From: Curvularia clavata
Taxonomy: Eukaryota
Direction of reading: 5' to 3'
NCBI GenBank assembly: GCA_023920165.1
Contig: CP089280.1
Location: 248,001 to 312,000, forward strand
Length of the DNA: 64,000 nucleotides
The position numbers were made by a program, and so were the translations under genes. Positions 1-11,490 of the stretch are shown here, in pieces (position 1 is the stretch's first letter; each line of letters begins with the position of its first letter). A model generated the notes under the pieces. It saw nothing but the letters and a program-made list of their open reading frames with translations, ran no database searches and was not told where the DNA came from.

Positions 1-444
1 CGTACTCGCCGGCTGATCACGACCTTAGCAGAATATGACTTTAACGGTTCTCGAAAGGATCTGGTTTCTATACGAGGCTCGAAAGGGCAAATGATTGGTA
101 CTCTAGACTTTCTCTTATCTCTCCATCCACTTGATCTGCCCAAGCACAATGTCGAGCTCATTTGCATCAGTGTCAGCGAGCCAGTGTGCACAAAGCATGC
201 CCACACTCGAACACCTGGCTCCCAGTACCTCGTAGGCCAAAATTGTCTTGAAGAATGCTTCGAAAAGAGAGATCAACACTTAGAGTCGATATATGAACCA
301 GCATCCAATTGGCAGTTCAGATGTTACGATGTACTCTGGATCGAGTGGGAAGGCGACATTGCGTATCGAAAAGCTATAGGACAAGTCTGGAAAGAGGAAT
401 GGGACGCTGCGGACACAGAGGAGGTAGACATACGACTTGGATAG
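1..444 (+). CDS. 3' end of a probable HET (heterokaryon incompatibility) domain protein, truncated by window start
   Basis: Frame open from base 1 to TAG at 442-444. C-terminus YDVLWIEWEGDIAYRKAIGQVWKEEWDAADTEEVDIRLG resembles the typical tail of fungal HET-domain proteins; the HET domain itself is outside the window. Confidence 0.6.
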   Translation, partial: RTRRLITTLAEYDFNGSRKDLVSIRGSKGQMIGTLDFLLSLHPLDLPKHNVELICISVSEPVCTKHAHTRTPGSQYLVGQNCLEECFEKRDQHLESIYEPASNWQFRCYDVLWIEWEGDIAYRKAIGQVWKEEWDAADTEEVDIRLG

Positions 445-483
445 GGCGATAAGTGCCCGACAAGTGCACATTGGATTGGTACC

Positions 484-2742
484 CTACAGATGCGGTACCT
501 TCAAGCTGGCCAACAAGAGGTTCACGATACTGAACAACCCCTCTCCAAGAATTAACCCACTCGCAAGTACAACAATCGGGGTCTCGCTTCTGCCCTTCCA
601 GCGCCGCCACCATAAACTAATCAGACCCCCGATCGTGCGTGCTAGAGTGAAAGAAGGCGTGTTGTACATTCCTGTACCAAGCGTTAGTAAACTGAATAGG
701 CTGAGAGTAGAGCACAAAAACCTACCAACAGCAACAGCAATTCCACCTGGTACAAAGTCAACCCACCATCCGCTAAGGCCTCTCTGCTTCCGGTTGTTAC
801 CCCAGACTCTGACTATCGTACTAGCGGCAAATATAACAGCCGCTCCGCTCGCCCATTCTTTCACCATGGGTGGCAGACCCTTGCCCGTCACCAGTCGCGC
901 AGTAAAGACCCAAACATAGCCTGTTGGTACCTCGAATAGCCCACCTGGAATTGTGTACACATTCGTATACAATTTGTATACAACCGCCGACACCACTGCA
1001 CCAACTGCTGAGCCAATCATCTGACCCCAGAACTGAGCATTCGGTGCCGCACCCAGAATGTGCCCGCACTTGAGATCCTGCAGCAGATCCCCTGCTTGCA
1101 GCGCTGCGGACTCGGAGACTGCACCTGCGACGAGGTTGATAATGACTGCATTTTTGGCTCCTGGACCAGTCGTCGGCGTGACGAGGGCGAAGACGAGTTG
1201 GGTGAGCTTGGAAATTCCAGAGACTGGGTTCAGGTCGGTTTCACCGAGTGCGCGGACACCCATGATCGAAAGGAGGAGCGCGAGTACCAACGATAGCAGT
1301 GTCAGGCGGAAGGGGATGAGGCCGGGAAATGTTACATGAACGGCAACAACGCAAAGAACCAGGGATACGATCAGCCCGATGATGGTGGTACGGTTGGAAA
1401 CGAGGTGTTCAGGCGGCGCGTCTGGATCGGCATCTGAAGCGAGGTGCTTTTTGATAGATATCAATGGGGTCTCTGACGTCCCATCACCTAACTGCGTGTA
1501 TCTTTGCCTAGAAGTGATTTTGAGCGTGAAGATCTCCTTCCAGGTATGTGACTGAAAACTTTCTTTGGCTGTTGGGTAGTATGCTCTTGCAATAGCGATG
1601 AGTGGGCGCAAAACCAGCCACCCTAGACTGATAAGGGAGTCTGCCAGCATGATGGCAAGTGATATCCAGACGATCCATCCTTTCGAACCATCAGCCCAGT
1701 CAGAGACGGGCCCTGGTGCCCATCCCTTGTGCTTTGCAAGTGGCGAGAGGACACCCCAACCGATGATAGCGCCTATAAGCATATGGAGTGTTGTAGCCGG
1801 GCCCATGATAATGCCTTGGCCAACATATGCTGGCGAGGGATTCAAGGTCCAAAGCCATTTTTGCGCTAGTGTGAGACCAAAAACTGGAATGTCGTGTAAT
1901 TGCGGGATGAAATAGGACACAACAGTAAAGAGAGCGGATCCAGCAAAAGAGATTACCAGGAGCCTTATTTTAGACTTCCAATCTCCATCCTCTCCAGACT
2001 CTTGCTCCGCATCTTCCAAGTCGTTGTCCAAGGATGGCCTCAAATCATGCTCTTCCCTCTGTGCACTCGACCCCTGCAGTAGCCCCTGAGACGCTTCGTC
2101 ATCAGTGGATTGCTCTTGTTCGCGATCTACCATGACCTTTGACTTCTCATCTCCATGAAGCACTCTGATAAGCAGTGCAGTAGCGGTACCACTCGGAAAC
2201 TTGAGTTTTTCTCTGATAATCACCTCTTTCCGGAGCGGAACTGCAAAGACCACACCAAAGAAGCAAATTCCCACAGCCCAGACGATCAGCTTCCAGAGAC
2301 TGATGTCAAGTGGTCCATTCTCTTCTGGCTTCAGCAGATAGTTCAGCGCTGGAACGACGCCCACAAATCCACATCCGAGAGGCATCGTACCGACTGATCC
2401 CGCGACCGATTGAATCAAGACGTTCTCCACTGGCGTGAATGGCAGCTTAAGCGTCTTCGCGATCACTTTGAAGTACGCAAATCCAATAAGCGCCGAAGGC
2501 ATAGCCATACTGCTGACCCAACCCGTCTGCAATCCAAAATACATGTTGGAAAAACAGATCACGACCCCAATCACCAAGCCGACCAAAACACCACGGAGCG
2601 TAAAGTTCTGCGGTTGCGACGCCCGCTCAGCCAGATAACTACGCGTCCCCGTTCTGCTGCGACTCAGCCCCTCACGTTCCGTCTCTTCACCCTCTCCAGC
2701 TCTTTCATTCTGCAGCGATGAGTAACCTCGGTCTGGCGCCAT
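484..2742 (-). CDS. OPT/YSL-family oligopeptide transporter (YGL114W-like)
   Basis: Multi-TM protein with NMYFGLQTGW, ENVLIQSVA, LKFPSGTATA, GETDLNPVSG and DLKCGHILGA motifs. First ATG at 2742 (the ORF-track start at 2790 is TTG). In-frame 54-nt intron 725-672 (GTAGGT...CTAAC...CAG). Confidence 0.9.
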   Translation of the reverse strand: MAPDRGYSSLQNERAGEGEETEREGLSRSRTGTRSYLAERASQPQNFTLRGVLVGLVIGVVICFSNMYFGLQTGWVSSMAMPSALIGFAYFKVIAKTLKLPFTPVENVLIQSVAGSVGTMPLGCGFVGVVPALNYLLKPEENGPLDISLWKLIVWAVGICFFGVVFAVPLRKEVIIREKLKFPSGTATALLIRVLHGDEKSKVMVDREQEQSTDDEASQGLLQGSSAQREEHDLRPSLDNDLEDAEQESGEDGDWKSKIRLLVISFAGSALFTVVSYFIPQLHDIPVFGLTLAQKWLWTLNPSPAYVGQGIIMGPATTLHMLIGAIIGWGVLSPLAKHKGWAPGPVSDWADGSKGWIVWISLAIMLADSLISLGWLVLRPLIAIARAYYPTAKESFQSHTWKEIFTLKITSRQRYTQLGDGTSETPLISIKKHLASDADPDAPPEHLVSNRTTIIGLIVSLVLCVVAVHVTFPGLIPFRLTLLSLVLALLLSIMGVRALGETDLNPVSGISKLTQLVFALVTPTTGPGAKNAVIINLVAGAVSESAALQAGDLLQDLKCGHILGAAPNAQFWGQMIGSAVGAVVSAVVYKLYTNVYTIPGGLFEVPTGYVWVFTARLVTGKGLPPMVKEWASGAAVIFAASTIVRVWGNNRKQRGLSGWWVDFVPGGIAVAVGRFLCSTLSLFSLLTLGTGMYNTPSFTLARTIGGLISLWWRRWKGRSETPIVVLASGLILGEGLFSIVNLLLASLKVPHL

Positions 2743-3147
2743 GTTTGAAATCTCCTCGAGCTGGATTGACTCGGCCAGCGCGACGTCCAAGGAAGTATGA
2801 AGTCAAAAGCAAAAAAGTGGATCGGGGGAAGATCCACCTGATAGCAAGAAGATTACGGGATCATCTTGTCATAGTATGGCGTGCTCACGGCATGTGCACG
2901 CGATGATGCATAGCCCCGGTCTGATTAGCCTAGACGATCAGCCACGTGACGCGTGGCGGATCTTAAGCACGCGTTATCTCCGATTTGTCAGATGTCAGAC
3001 GTCGCCAATCAAACACCAGGCTGGGCGTTGCTGTATCCTGAACCTCCTCAGTCAGGAGCGCGTCGCGGCCCACATATCTACCCCAGGTCCGACTTGCTCA
3101 CGTTTTCGATTCTCTTTCTGTTTGCAGCAATCATTCGTATAGGGACG

Positions 3148-4329
3148 ATGAAGTTCTCTACGGTACTCTTGCCGCTGCTGGCAGCACCCTTTGCTGCCAG
3201 CGAACACACATCCAACTGGGCTGTCCTAGTGTCAACCTCGCGCTTCTGGTTTAACTACCGACACCTTGCCAATGTTCTCTCGCTGTACCGAACTGTAAAG
3301 CGCCTTGGAATTCCCGACTCGCAAATTATCCTCATGTTACCCGATGACATGGCGTGCAACCCACGCAACGCCTTCCCCGGCACTGTCTACAACAATGCCG
3401 ACCGCGCGCTCGATCTCTACGGCGACAACATCGAGGTAGACTATAGAGGATATGAGGTCACAGTCGAGAACTTCATCAGGCTTATGACCGATCGTGTGGG
3501 AGAAGACATGCCGCGAAGCAAGCGACTAATGACGGATGAGCGGAGCAACATCCTTGTCTACATGACAGGTCATGGCGGCAACGAATTCTTGAAGTTCCAA
3601 GACGCAGAAGAAATCAGTGCTTTCGACCTTGCCGACGCTTTTGGCCAGATGTGGGAGAAGAAACGGTAAGCTACCTCTCCTGTGTGAGTTGACTAAGAGT
3701 ACTAACTAACGACGACTAGCTATCACGAGATCCTCTTCATGATTGACACCTGCCAAGCAAACACCATGTACTCGAAATTCTACTCTCCCAACATCCTCGC
3801 TACAGGCTCCTCGGAAATCGACCAGTCATCCTACTCGCACCACGCCGACAACGACGTCGGTGTCGCTGTTATCGACCGCTACACCTACTACAACCTCGAG
3901 TTCCTCGAGAACCAGGTCAAGGATCCCACAAGCAAACTGACCATGGGAGAGCTCTTCGATAGCTACGACGAGGAGAAGATTCACAGTCGCCCTGGTATTC
4001 GGTACGACCTTTTCGCCGGCGGGGAGCAAGAAGCGCGAAACAGAAAAGTCATGGACTTCTTTGGCAACGTGCAGAATGTAGAGGTCGAAAGCCGCAATGA
4101 GACGGGATGGATACGTGAGGCAGGCCACAGTAGCATCAAGTTGCACAAGTCGCACGAACAGAGTGTTGCAAACGTAAGCTCGCAACAACCATCGGTGGAG
4201 AATCTACGGAGAGAAGGCGCATGGAAAGTCGACGAAGAGCAGGGCTGGAACAAGCAGGCTTATGGTGTTGCGGCCTTGATCGGTTGTGCGAGCATCTGGC
4301 TTGCTGGAAGTTGGCTCGAGTCTATGTAA
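3148..4329 (+). CDS. GPI8: GPI-anchor transamidase catalytic subunit (peptidase C13)
   Basis: Signal peptide, [17 protein letters not shown], catalytic MTGHGG and IDTCQA, C-terminal TM. Exons 3148-3665 and 3720-4329; intron GTAAGC...CTAAC...TAG. Confidence 0.96.
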
Positions 4330-5297
4330 TTGCTACGCTTCAAAAACGGCTATTTCTTCACGTTAAATGATACCCAAAATTTACCTATCCGATTGCAATA
4401 AACAATTATCTTCAAAAGAACAAGGAAGCACTGCACGACTAAGTTAAACGCATTTACAACTATGTGGTCGTGATTGAAAACTAAGACACAACCCCAAGTC
4501 TGATTTCTGAGTTTCTTCCAGCGAGAACTATTTGCCAACCACAGTCTACTCGCCTTCACACCCTCTCGACTGCCATTCAATACGCAACCTTGACTATCGA
4601 GACCTCAAAGCTGCTTGCTCATTTCCACTAATACCCATTTCACAACCAACCACACTTCTATACCTCAACACTCGGCCATGCCCGGTCCGAACCTTGTCCA
4701 TTCATCCCATGTCTAGCATGCAAGCGAACTCAATAAGCATGACAAGAAAAACGGCCAAAGTACATCTTCTTTCTACACTGGCTAGGCAAGACTCTCTCAG
4801 AACTAGTAAAATTACAATTAAAAATCTCAAAACGAGCTCAACTACATACAAGCTACGAACAGAGTAGATGATACATAACCATGACAACTGCCGCTACTCT
4901 TAAAAGTAGGACTGCCGTTTCTGGTTTCATCAGTTGTGGAAGAGGCACACCCACGCATTTGCTCTCCCGCTAAGCTAATTTCATTGAATCAGCGATATTG
5001 TATGCATTCTATGTCTGTTCAAGACATTTTTTTTATTCAGGACCGATAGACATGGTTACGTCTTTCATTATCATATACTTTTATCTAAGTTCTCGTTTGC
5101 CTTCCGCGCGTTACTCGTGTGTAGGCTTTGATGATGCGCGAGGCCATGCGAGGTATCATATGCTATATGTATCCGCCCGTACCTAATGCACCAGTATGCT
5201 CCAAACGCCGTAATGAAAAGATGCAGAGAGTAAAAAGAAAATGAAAATGAAAGCATTGAAAATCGACTGAAGAGTTAAGACGTCTTTTCTTGGACAG

Positions 5298-8200
5298 CTA
5301 AAAGGTGCCCATACCCTTTCCGCCCAAAGCCATCTCCCTGAAACCAGCTGGCACAGTCCAGCCATGGACAGCGCAAGCTCGTACGTAAGCTTCGACTGCT
5401 TCGCCGACACCGTAATCTGATGGGCCACCTGGTGCCAGACGAGCAGGCTTGGGATCAACGCTGGAAATAGCCATGCGGACCTGCAGGAGGACAGATTCAA
5501 TCGACGAAACAGCACTCCATCCGTCATTGGTCAGGAGTTCCATGCACATGGCACCGCCTGCAGTAACGTGGCCGCCTCCGCCTTGGGCGAAGCCGAGAAA
5601 GCGAGGGCGGATGACCCGAACAAATGGTGGACTCATGGGGTGATCCTTGCCAAAGCGAAGCTCCAGCACGATGCTCTTAATATTCTTCCTCTTCATGTCC
5701 TGGGCAAGTGGTAGTTTGGGGTCGAATGAATGCAGTTCCACGATCCATTGGTAAATATTTTCGATCTTGTCCTCGTCAATGTGCCAACCCAATTCGTGAA
5801 GCGGTTCTTTCTTTTGGATAGAAATGATCTCCTTGAAATCTTTCATCAAGCGTTTTGAAGCAGAGGTTGTCGCCCATGCCGGCACCTCAAGCATTGGAAG
5901 ACTGGAATAGTCCAGGGTACCAGGTACATAGTCGGTGAGAGATTTCTGTGATGGTGACGACTTGCCGAAAATTCTCGATGAAAAAGACGAGATTGCGGCC
6001 ATCTTCGACTTTCCTTTTACGTCTATGAGCGAGTTGGGAGTAGGAATCGAGTCCACAGGCAGTTGCGGCTTGAAATCATCTTCAAAGGTATCGTCTTCGA
6101 AGATTCGAAGATCTTCGTCAAGTGTCGCAACACTGTCTGTATCATCGTCGTCGTCGATCTCGATGGAATCATACTGCGATTTTCCGGAAGCTTTGCGACG
6201 TTTCGGCTGTCGTTGGGTCCTTGTCCTTCGAGATGCAGCAATAGCATGAACTGGAATGATTATGGGCCCGTCTACACCTACTGGTGTTCGAGCTGGATCC
6301 TGTTCAATGGATTCTAATGGCTTTACGCTCGAATGGGGTGTTGTCCGATTGGTAAAATCGTCGGTTCGTGTCTTTACAAAGAGATAGCGTGTTTGTATCC
6401 AGTCGAGCTGAGCAACAACCAAGTGCGGGTTCTGACTGACGTACTCTTGTGGCGCATTGACGATCTCGTTGAGTGCCAAAGCCTGTTGGATTTTGAGCTC
6501 GCTCTTCGGCCAGGAAACAGCACAGTTGACTGAGTACCCCAAGCTGGTGTTGACGTTGAGGGCATGGTATACGCCATGGCCATATGCCCGACCATGCTGT
6601 GTCTCTTTGAAGTGAAGCCCCTCTCTGATTATCCCATGCCAATTGAATAGCGGGCTGCCATGCCAGGCAAAGATAGTGGGATACTGCTGCAGCTTTAGCC
6701 TGGCCTTGGTGTCTCTCACCGCTTGGATAAACCGACGCTCCTTGTCAGGAGCACCCATTGCGAAGCGGAACTGTGCCCAGCCGCTCATACCACAGACTCG
6801 CTCTTCAGCCTTGTAGCTGGCTTCTTCGTCGACCTGCAGGATACAAGCACGATTCGAGGCAATGATCCAGCGTAGTATCCCAAGGACAGCAGGTGAAAGA
6901 CGATCAACCCAGGAGCTCAGTGTAGACTGCGCTGTACGTAGTAGATATTTTCTCATCTCCTGCACTGAAGGGAGTTGATCTAGCAGCGTGGATATGGTGA
7001 CCTGCTTCTCATGGACAGGCAGGTCGTCAAAATTGTTGTTGTAAATGTAGAAACTCGCGGAACGGAAGTGATTACTTTTGGGGGCTCTTGGTTTGGGTTT
7101 GGGTTCCTTGCTTTGACTTGTTGCATGAAGTTGTGGGTAGGGGTGCTGTGAGACTTCACCAGTCACTGATGAGACTATAGGTTCAGATAATTTCACCGAT
7201 GGATGGAGTGATGTATCTATCACACGGCAATGGAGCACCTCGTTTTGTTCACCATCCATCCGGATGACGATCCAAGAACCAGGTGCTACAGGGCATGGTT
7301 TCTTTGAGTCCTCGAAAAGCATTTCTAGTGTAGCCGCATTATATCTCATAGTCAACGCTGTAACCGGAGCTAAAGCGGCAGGCACTTTCTGTGCCTCAGT
7401 GAGGTTGACTCCAAGCAAGCCTGGTGAGTAATTGAATTGTCCTTGGTTGGTTGATATCGGAGGCGGAACAGCCAAGCTGAGACCAGTGGGGAAGTCTTTG
7501 AGTCTTCCGCCACGGGCACTGGCATAGCAGAAGCTGACGAGCAGGTCGACAACCTTTGGCTGAGAGATGATTTCATGCTCAATACTCGGACCGAATCCCA
7601 GTGACATATACTGGTACAAACACAGTGGGTTGTCGCATACGTAGGGCTTTATCGCCTGCAAATCATCGGGCATTTTGCTGAAACAGATCAAGCAAAACTC
7701 GGTACATCGCACAAAGTGCCGCAGTACGAATTGCATTCCGACTAGAGGCAGAGAATGCTGTTGGCCAACCACAGATGTGATGTGATCGGCGGTGACGATT
7801 TTAGGCCAAGAGGTGTTGCTGACGTGCTCGTCTTCATAGTACTTTGCGTGTGTAGCGTCTTGGTTTTGGTGTGCATGCGATGGGTTCAGGAGCATCTCGT
7901 TGTAGAATAGCTCGGCTCCTTGCCATGGCATTCCCCCATAACGATATTTTAGGAGCATGGCGAAGCGCTGGTCGCACACCTCATTCAAGGGCCTCGAAAC
8001 AAACGAGTTACGGAAGCCTCTGGGTCGTACGGGCAAGGCGTTCTGGGATTCTCCCTGCTGAGAATCCTCTTGTTTCTCTTCTTCTTTATTGTGGACCGCA
8101 AACGCTGCAATTGCCTCTTGTATGGTTGGCTTGTATGTGGTGCATATGCCAATGCGGATCCCAAAGTTGCGGCGAGCTTGTTGCGCATCGTAGGATCTCA

Positions 8201-9114
8201 TATCGTCCATGCTCTTGTAGCCAGCCGGATAGTGAAAGATGGCCACAAGATACTCGGAAGGCTCGACCTGCCATGCCTTCATGGCTTCTTCTGAAATACC
8301 CAGCTTCGATATGCGGATTGCTAGGGAAACGTAGCATGCCAGGCCCTTCATGAGACCTCCTAAATGTCCGACCTTGAAGCCTTCACTTTTTGCGAGTAAA
8401 AGATCGGTTCTAACACGGTCTAGGAAGGCAGAAGTTGCCTCGGTGAAGCCCTCGCCCGATGCTACTGGTAAGTTGTAAGCAACCCGGGGCTTAGGTAGCA
8501 TGTCCTCATCACCAGGAAAGTACTCTTCCTCTTCATCATCCTCTTCGTCGTCGTCTTCGTCGAAATCGAAGGCTTGTGAATCGAGCATTTGTGAGTCGCC
8601 GTCACCGTCGGTCGACCGGAGTCTGTTGGACACTAGCTCGAGGATTTGAGGTATTGTCTTGCCAGTAACGGCGTCTGTGATGCCATTCAGGGCGGCAGCA
8701 ACACTGGCGGACGCGTTGTCTCCAGCAAAGATCATGCATGTGTGGCTCGAGGGATAGTCGGAGACGTCTTTTGGTAGCATTATTTAGTAAGTTCCAAGTA
8801 AATCAACGATTTGGGTCTTTAGAAACCATGTGAGCACGATAGGTGTTTGGGGCGGATACGGGTATCTATAACCCTTTGACAAGATAGATGCTTGTGACAA
8901 ATACAAGCATCTAAAAACCTTTTGAAGGTAGGTGCTAGGGGCAAACACACGTACCTGTAACGAGCGCAGAAATCTTCAGCTGCTGGCCATCGGCGATACA
9001 ATTGAAGGTAAATTCGCCGTCGTCGGCGCCTGGTTGTACATTTGAGACGCCTACTGCTACTGAGAGGCCGCTAGTGGCCTTCTGGAGATCGGCCTGAAAT
9101 TGACGGCGCGGCAT
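5298..9114 (-). CDS. PARP-like ADP-ribosyltransferase domain fused to a C-terminal UBE2Q-like ubiquitin-conjugating (E2) domain
   Basis: ART motifs AWHGSPLFNWHGIIREGL and AYGHGVYHA; E2 motifs KRLMKDF, PMSPPFVRVIRPRF and HVTAGGAMCMELL. Exon 1 9114-8955 (MPRRQFQADL...), intron 8954-8768 (GTACGT...AAG), exon 2 8767-5298; the splice restores the frame. Confidence 0.88.
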
Positions 9115-9956
9115 GTTGGGCGTGGTTGTGTTGGATTGGAGAGACGGAGCAGTTGCTACCCACAGAAACCCCAAGCAGGGATGGGACAAACGCTAGAAGA
9201 CCCTGATCATATAGTGAGCAATGAGCAATGAGTAATGGTCAGACAGTTGGAGGAGCGTGAGGCAAACACGACTACCTGTGGAAGGTATGTAGGCGCATCC
9301 TCCCAGCGTAGTGCTGCAATAGTGCAACAATTACTCCAACCAAGATTGTGCAGCCACTCACTAGTCCTGATGGAATGCACTTACCAGCTCCCACTAGAGG
9401 CAGAATGCAGATGCCAAGTGTGTGTAGAGTGAGGGGAATGGATCATTGACGCATCTTTATGGTCTTGGTGGTGGTGATAGTGAGCTGAGCTTCTTTGGTG
9501 GAGTTGTCTATACCCAGGTATTTAAGTAGCAGACTAATGGGAGCTTGGCAAGGCTGTAAAACGCATCGCTGCCTGGCGACGGTCAACCAGAAGGGTAATG
9601 GGCCAATTCACGACTAGGAACTCTGGTGCCTGAAGAGGTGGAGCCGGTGGCTGAGCCACCCCGCAGCCTGTCTTAGTGCAGCTATTTGCTACCCACGACG
9701 GACTAGGTACTCTATTCATCCTTGAAGACAATCTCTCCCAATGCAGCCAAACAAGATTAGAGTCTTAACTATGTTTAAGAGAAAGACCAGAGTCCCCGGC
9801 AAGACCAAGATGCCGTCGCATTTGAGCCCAGTATAGCGCGCCCCTCCCCCACTTTTTTTAGACGCGGGAGAGGTTCCGAGCGTTTGGCACGGCTTCCAGC
9901 CCTGTCCAGTCCAGATATCCGCAATAGCTCCTCCACATCTCGGCCTATACGATACC

Positions 9957-10997
9957 ATGGCAGTCGCCCAAGAGAAGACGACGACGACAGCAACACCCAA
10001 GTCCACACACGTATCAGATCCCGCCCTCGCGCCCTTCCTCCAATCGCAATTCGACCCCGCCGACTACCTCAATGCCACACTGCCTTCGCTCTCGCTAGGC
10101 TCAAAGCCAAAGACCGCCAATGCCGCCTCACTGGCCGATCTCTCGTCCCAGACCCAGGATCTACTCTCACAATTGAATGCCCATACCTCGCGCCTTTCCG
10201 CCATACTGACGCAACTCACCGATGACATACTACGTAGCGGCGGGCGACTAGCCTACGAGGTTGAGGTCTTGCGGGGAGAAGCAATCGGGCTCACAGAGAG
10301 CTTAACAGATGGCCTCAAGAGCGACGTCGACAAGTTCCTTCCAGGCGGACTCAGCATAAAAGCAGAGTCCGCAGAGGACCCAACTACAAGCCCTACACAA
10401 GGCCAACCCGACGCACCCAGCGAAGCGCCGCCTGCACCACCAGCAGAAGCCCCAGACACAACCCCCGAATACATCTCCGACCTCCGCACCCTCACCACCG
10501 TGCGCTCCCGCCTGGAGAGCGTAATCAAAGTCTTCGGCGAAGCCATACACTGGACCATCCCTCCCAGTGAAGTCTCCCTCGGCGCCTCTCTCATCAGCGT
10601 TTCCGCTCCCGAACCCGGCACCGACAGCGCCTCACGCGAGCAAAAAGGCAAGGAATTTGCCGCCTCGCTGCGCTCCGAGATCGCCGACCTCATCACTGGC
10701 GACCCAGAGGGTGGCATGCACAAGGCCGAGGTGCGCATACAAGCGCTGCGAGACCTGGCGCAGTTGTGGAAGGGCACGGCGGAGGAAAAGGCACGGACAA
10801 AGTTTGTAGACGGACTGGTCAAGCTAGCTGAAGATAAGCAGCGCGAACTGGAAAGGGAGAGGGAAAAGACAAAAAGCCAGCAAAAGCCGGTTGTTCGTAA
10901 CACTAGTGTGTCGAAGCCACAACAACAGCCTCAGCAGCAGCAAAGAACCGGTGGCTTCCTCGAGAATCTACAGAGGATACGAGGCTTTGTGGAATAA
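9957..10997 (+). CDS. Uncharacterised coiled-coil protein with an N-terminus reminiscent of CATCHR tethering subunits (COG/Vps51-like)
   Basis: 346-aa intronless ORF with coding-like composition. PFLQSQFDPADYLNATLP is followed by a predicted coiled coil; family assignment is tentative. Confidence 0.6.
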   Translation: MAVAQEKTTTTATPKSTHVSDPALAPFLQSQFDPADYLNATLPSLSLGSKPKTANAASLADLSSQTQDLLSQLNAHTSRLSAILTQLTDDILRSGGRLAYEVEVLRGEAIGLTESLTDGLKSDVDKFLPGGLSIKAESAEDPTTSPTQGQPDAPSEAPPAPPAEAPDTTPEYISDLRTLTTVRSRLESVIKVFGEAIHWTIPPSEVSLGASLISVSAPEPGTDSASREQKGKEFAASLRSEIADLITGDPEGGMHKAEVRIQALRDLAQLWKGTAEEKARTKFVDGLVKLAEDKQRELEREREKTKSQQKPVVRNTSVSKPQQQPQQQQRTGGFLENLQRIRGFVE

Positions 10998-11490
10998 TCA
11001 GACATTGCGTTGCAAATTCCACATTCATTCATGATTGCATCACGTGATTACGCGTTTGCATTGCTCTCTGATACCAACAAGTATCTCTCAACGGCATTCA
11101 GCCAACTGTGCAGCCCATTCATGATCTCATCCCAACTTTGAAACAAGTAAAAACAGGCCATAGGCCTAAACATAAACAGAAACACAAAAGACAAACCATC
11201 TCTCCTACCACAGCCAACAACATCCAGGCTACGACGGATCCCCCGTAGGAGCCAGCCTTTGACAGCGGCTACAACTAACGAGTTCACCTTAAGCCCAAGA
11301 TATGCGGCAGAGGGGTGAGTGCCGGTTGTCGAATTAGAAGGGTAGAAGAAAAACAACAACAAGTGGTTATACAACGAAACGGATGCAAAGTGGACAATGC
11401 CCAAACAAAAACGCCCATCCTCATGCCGGGGTATCTCAACGACCGAACTCCAAAACAATCCATACAACCCTAATCAAACGTGCTTGAAAT

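Noticed and set aside
4350..5250. AT-rich interval with short ORFs between GPI8 and the PARP-E2 gene
   Set aside because: No domain, terminal repeats or target-site duplication visible; cannot support a gene or transposon.
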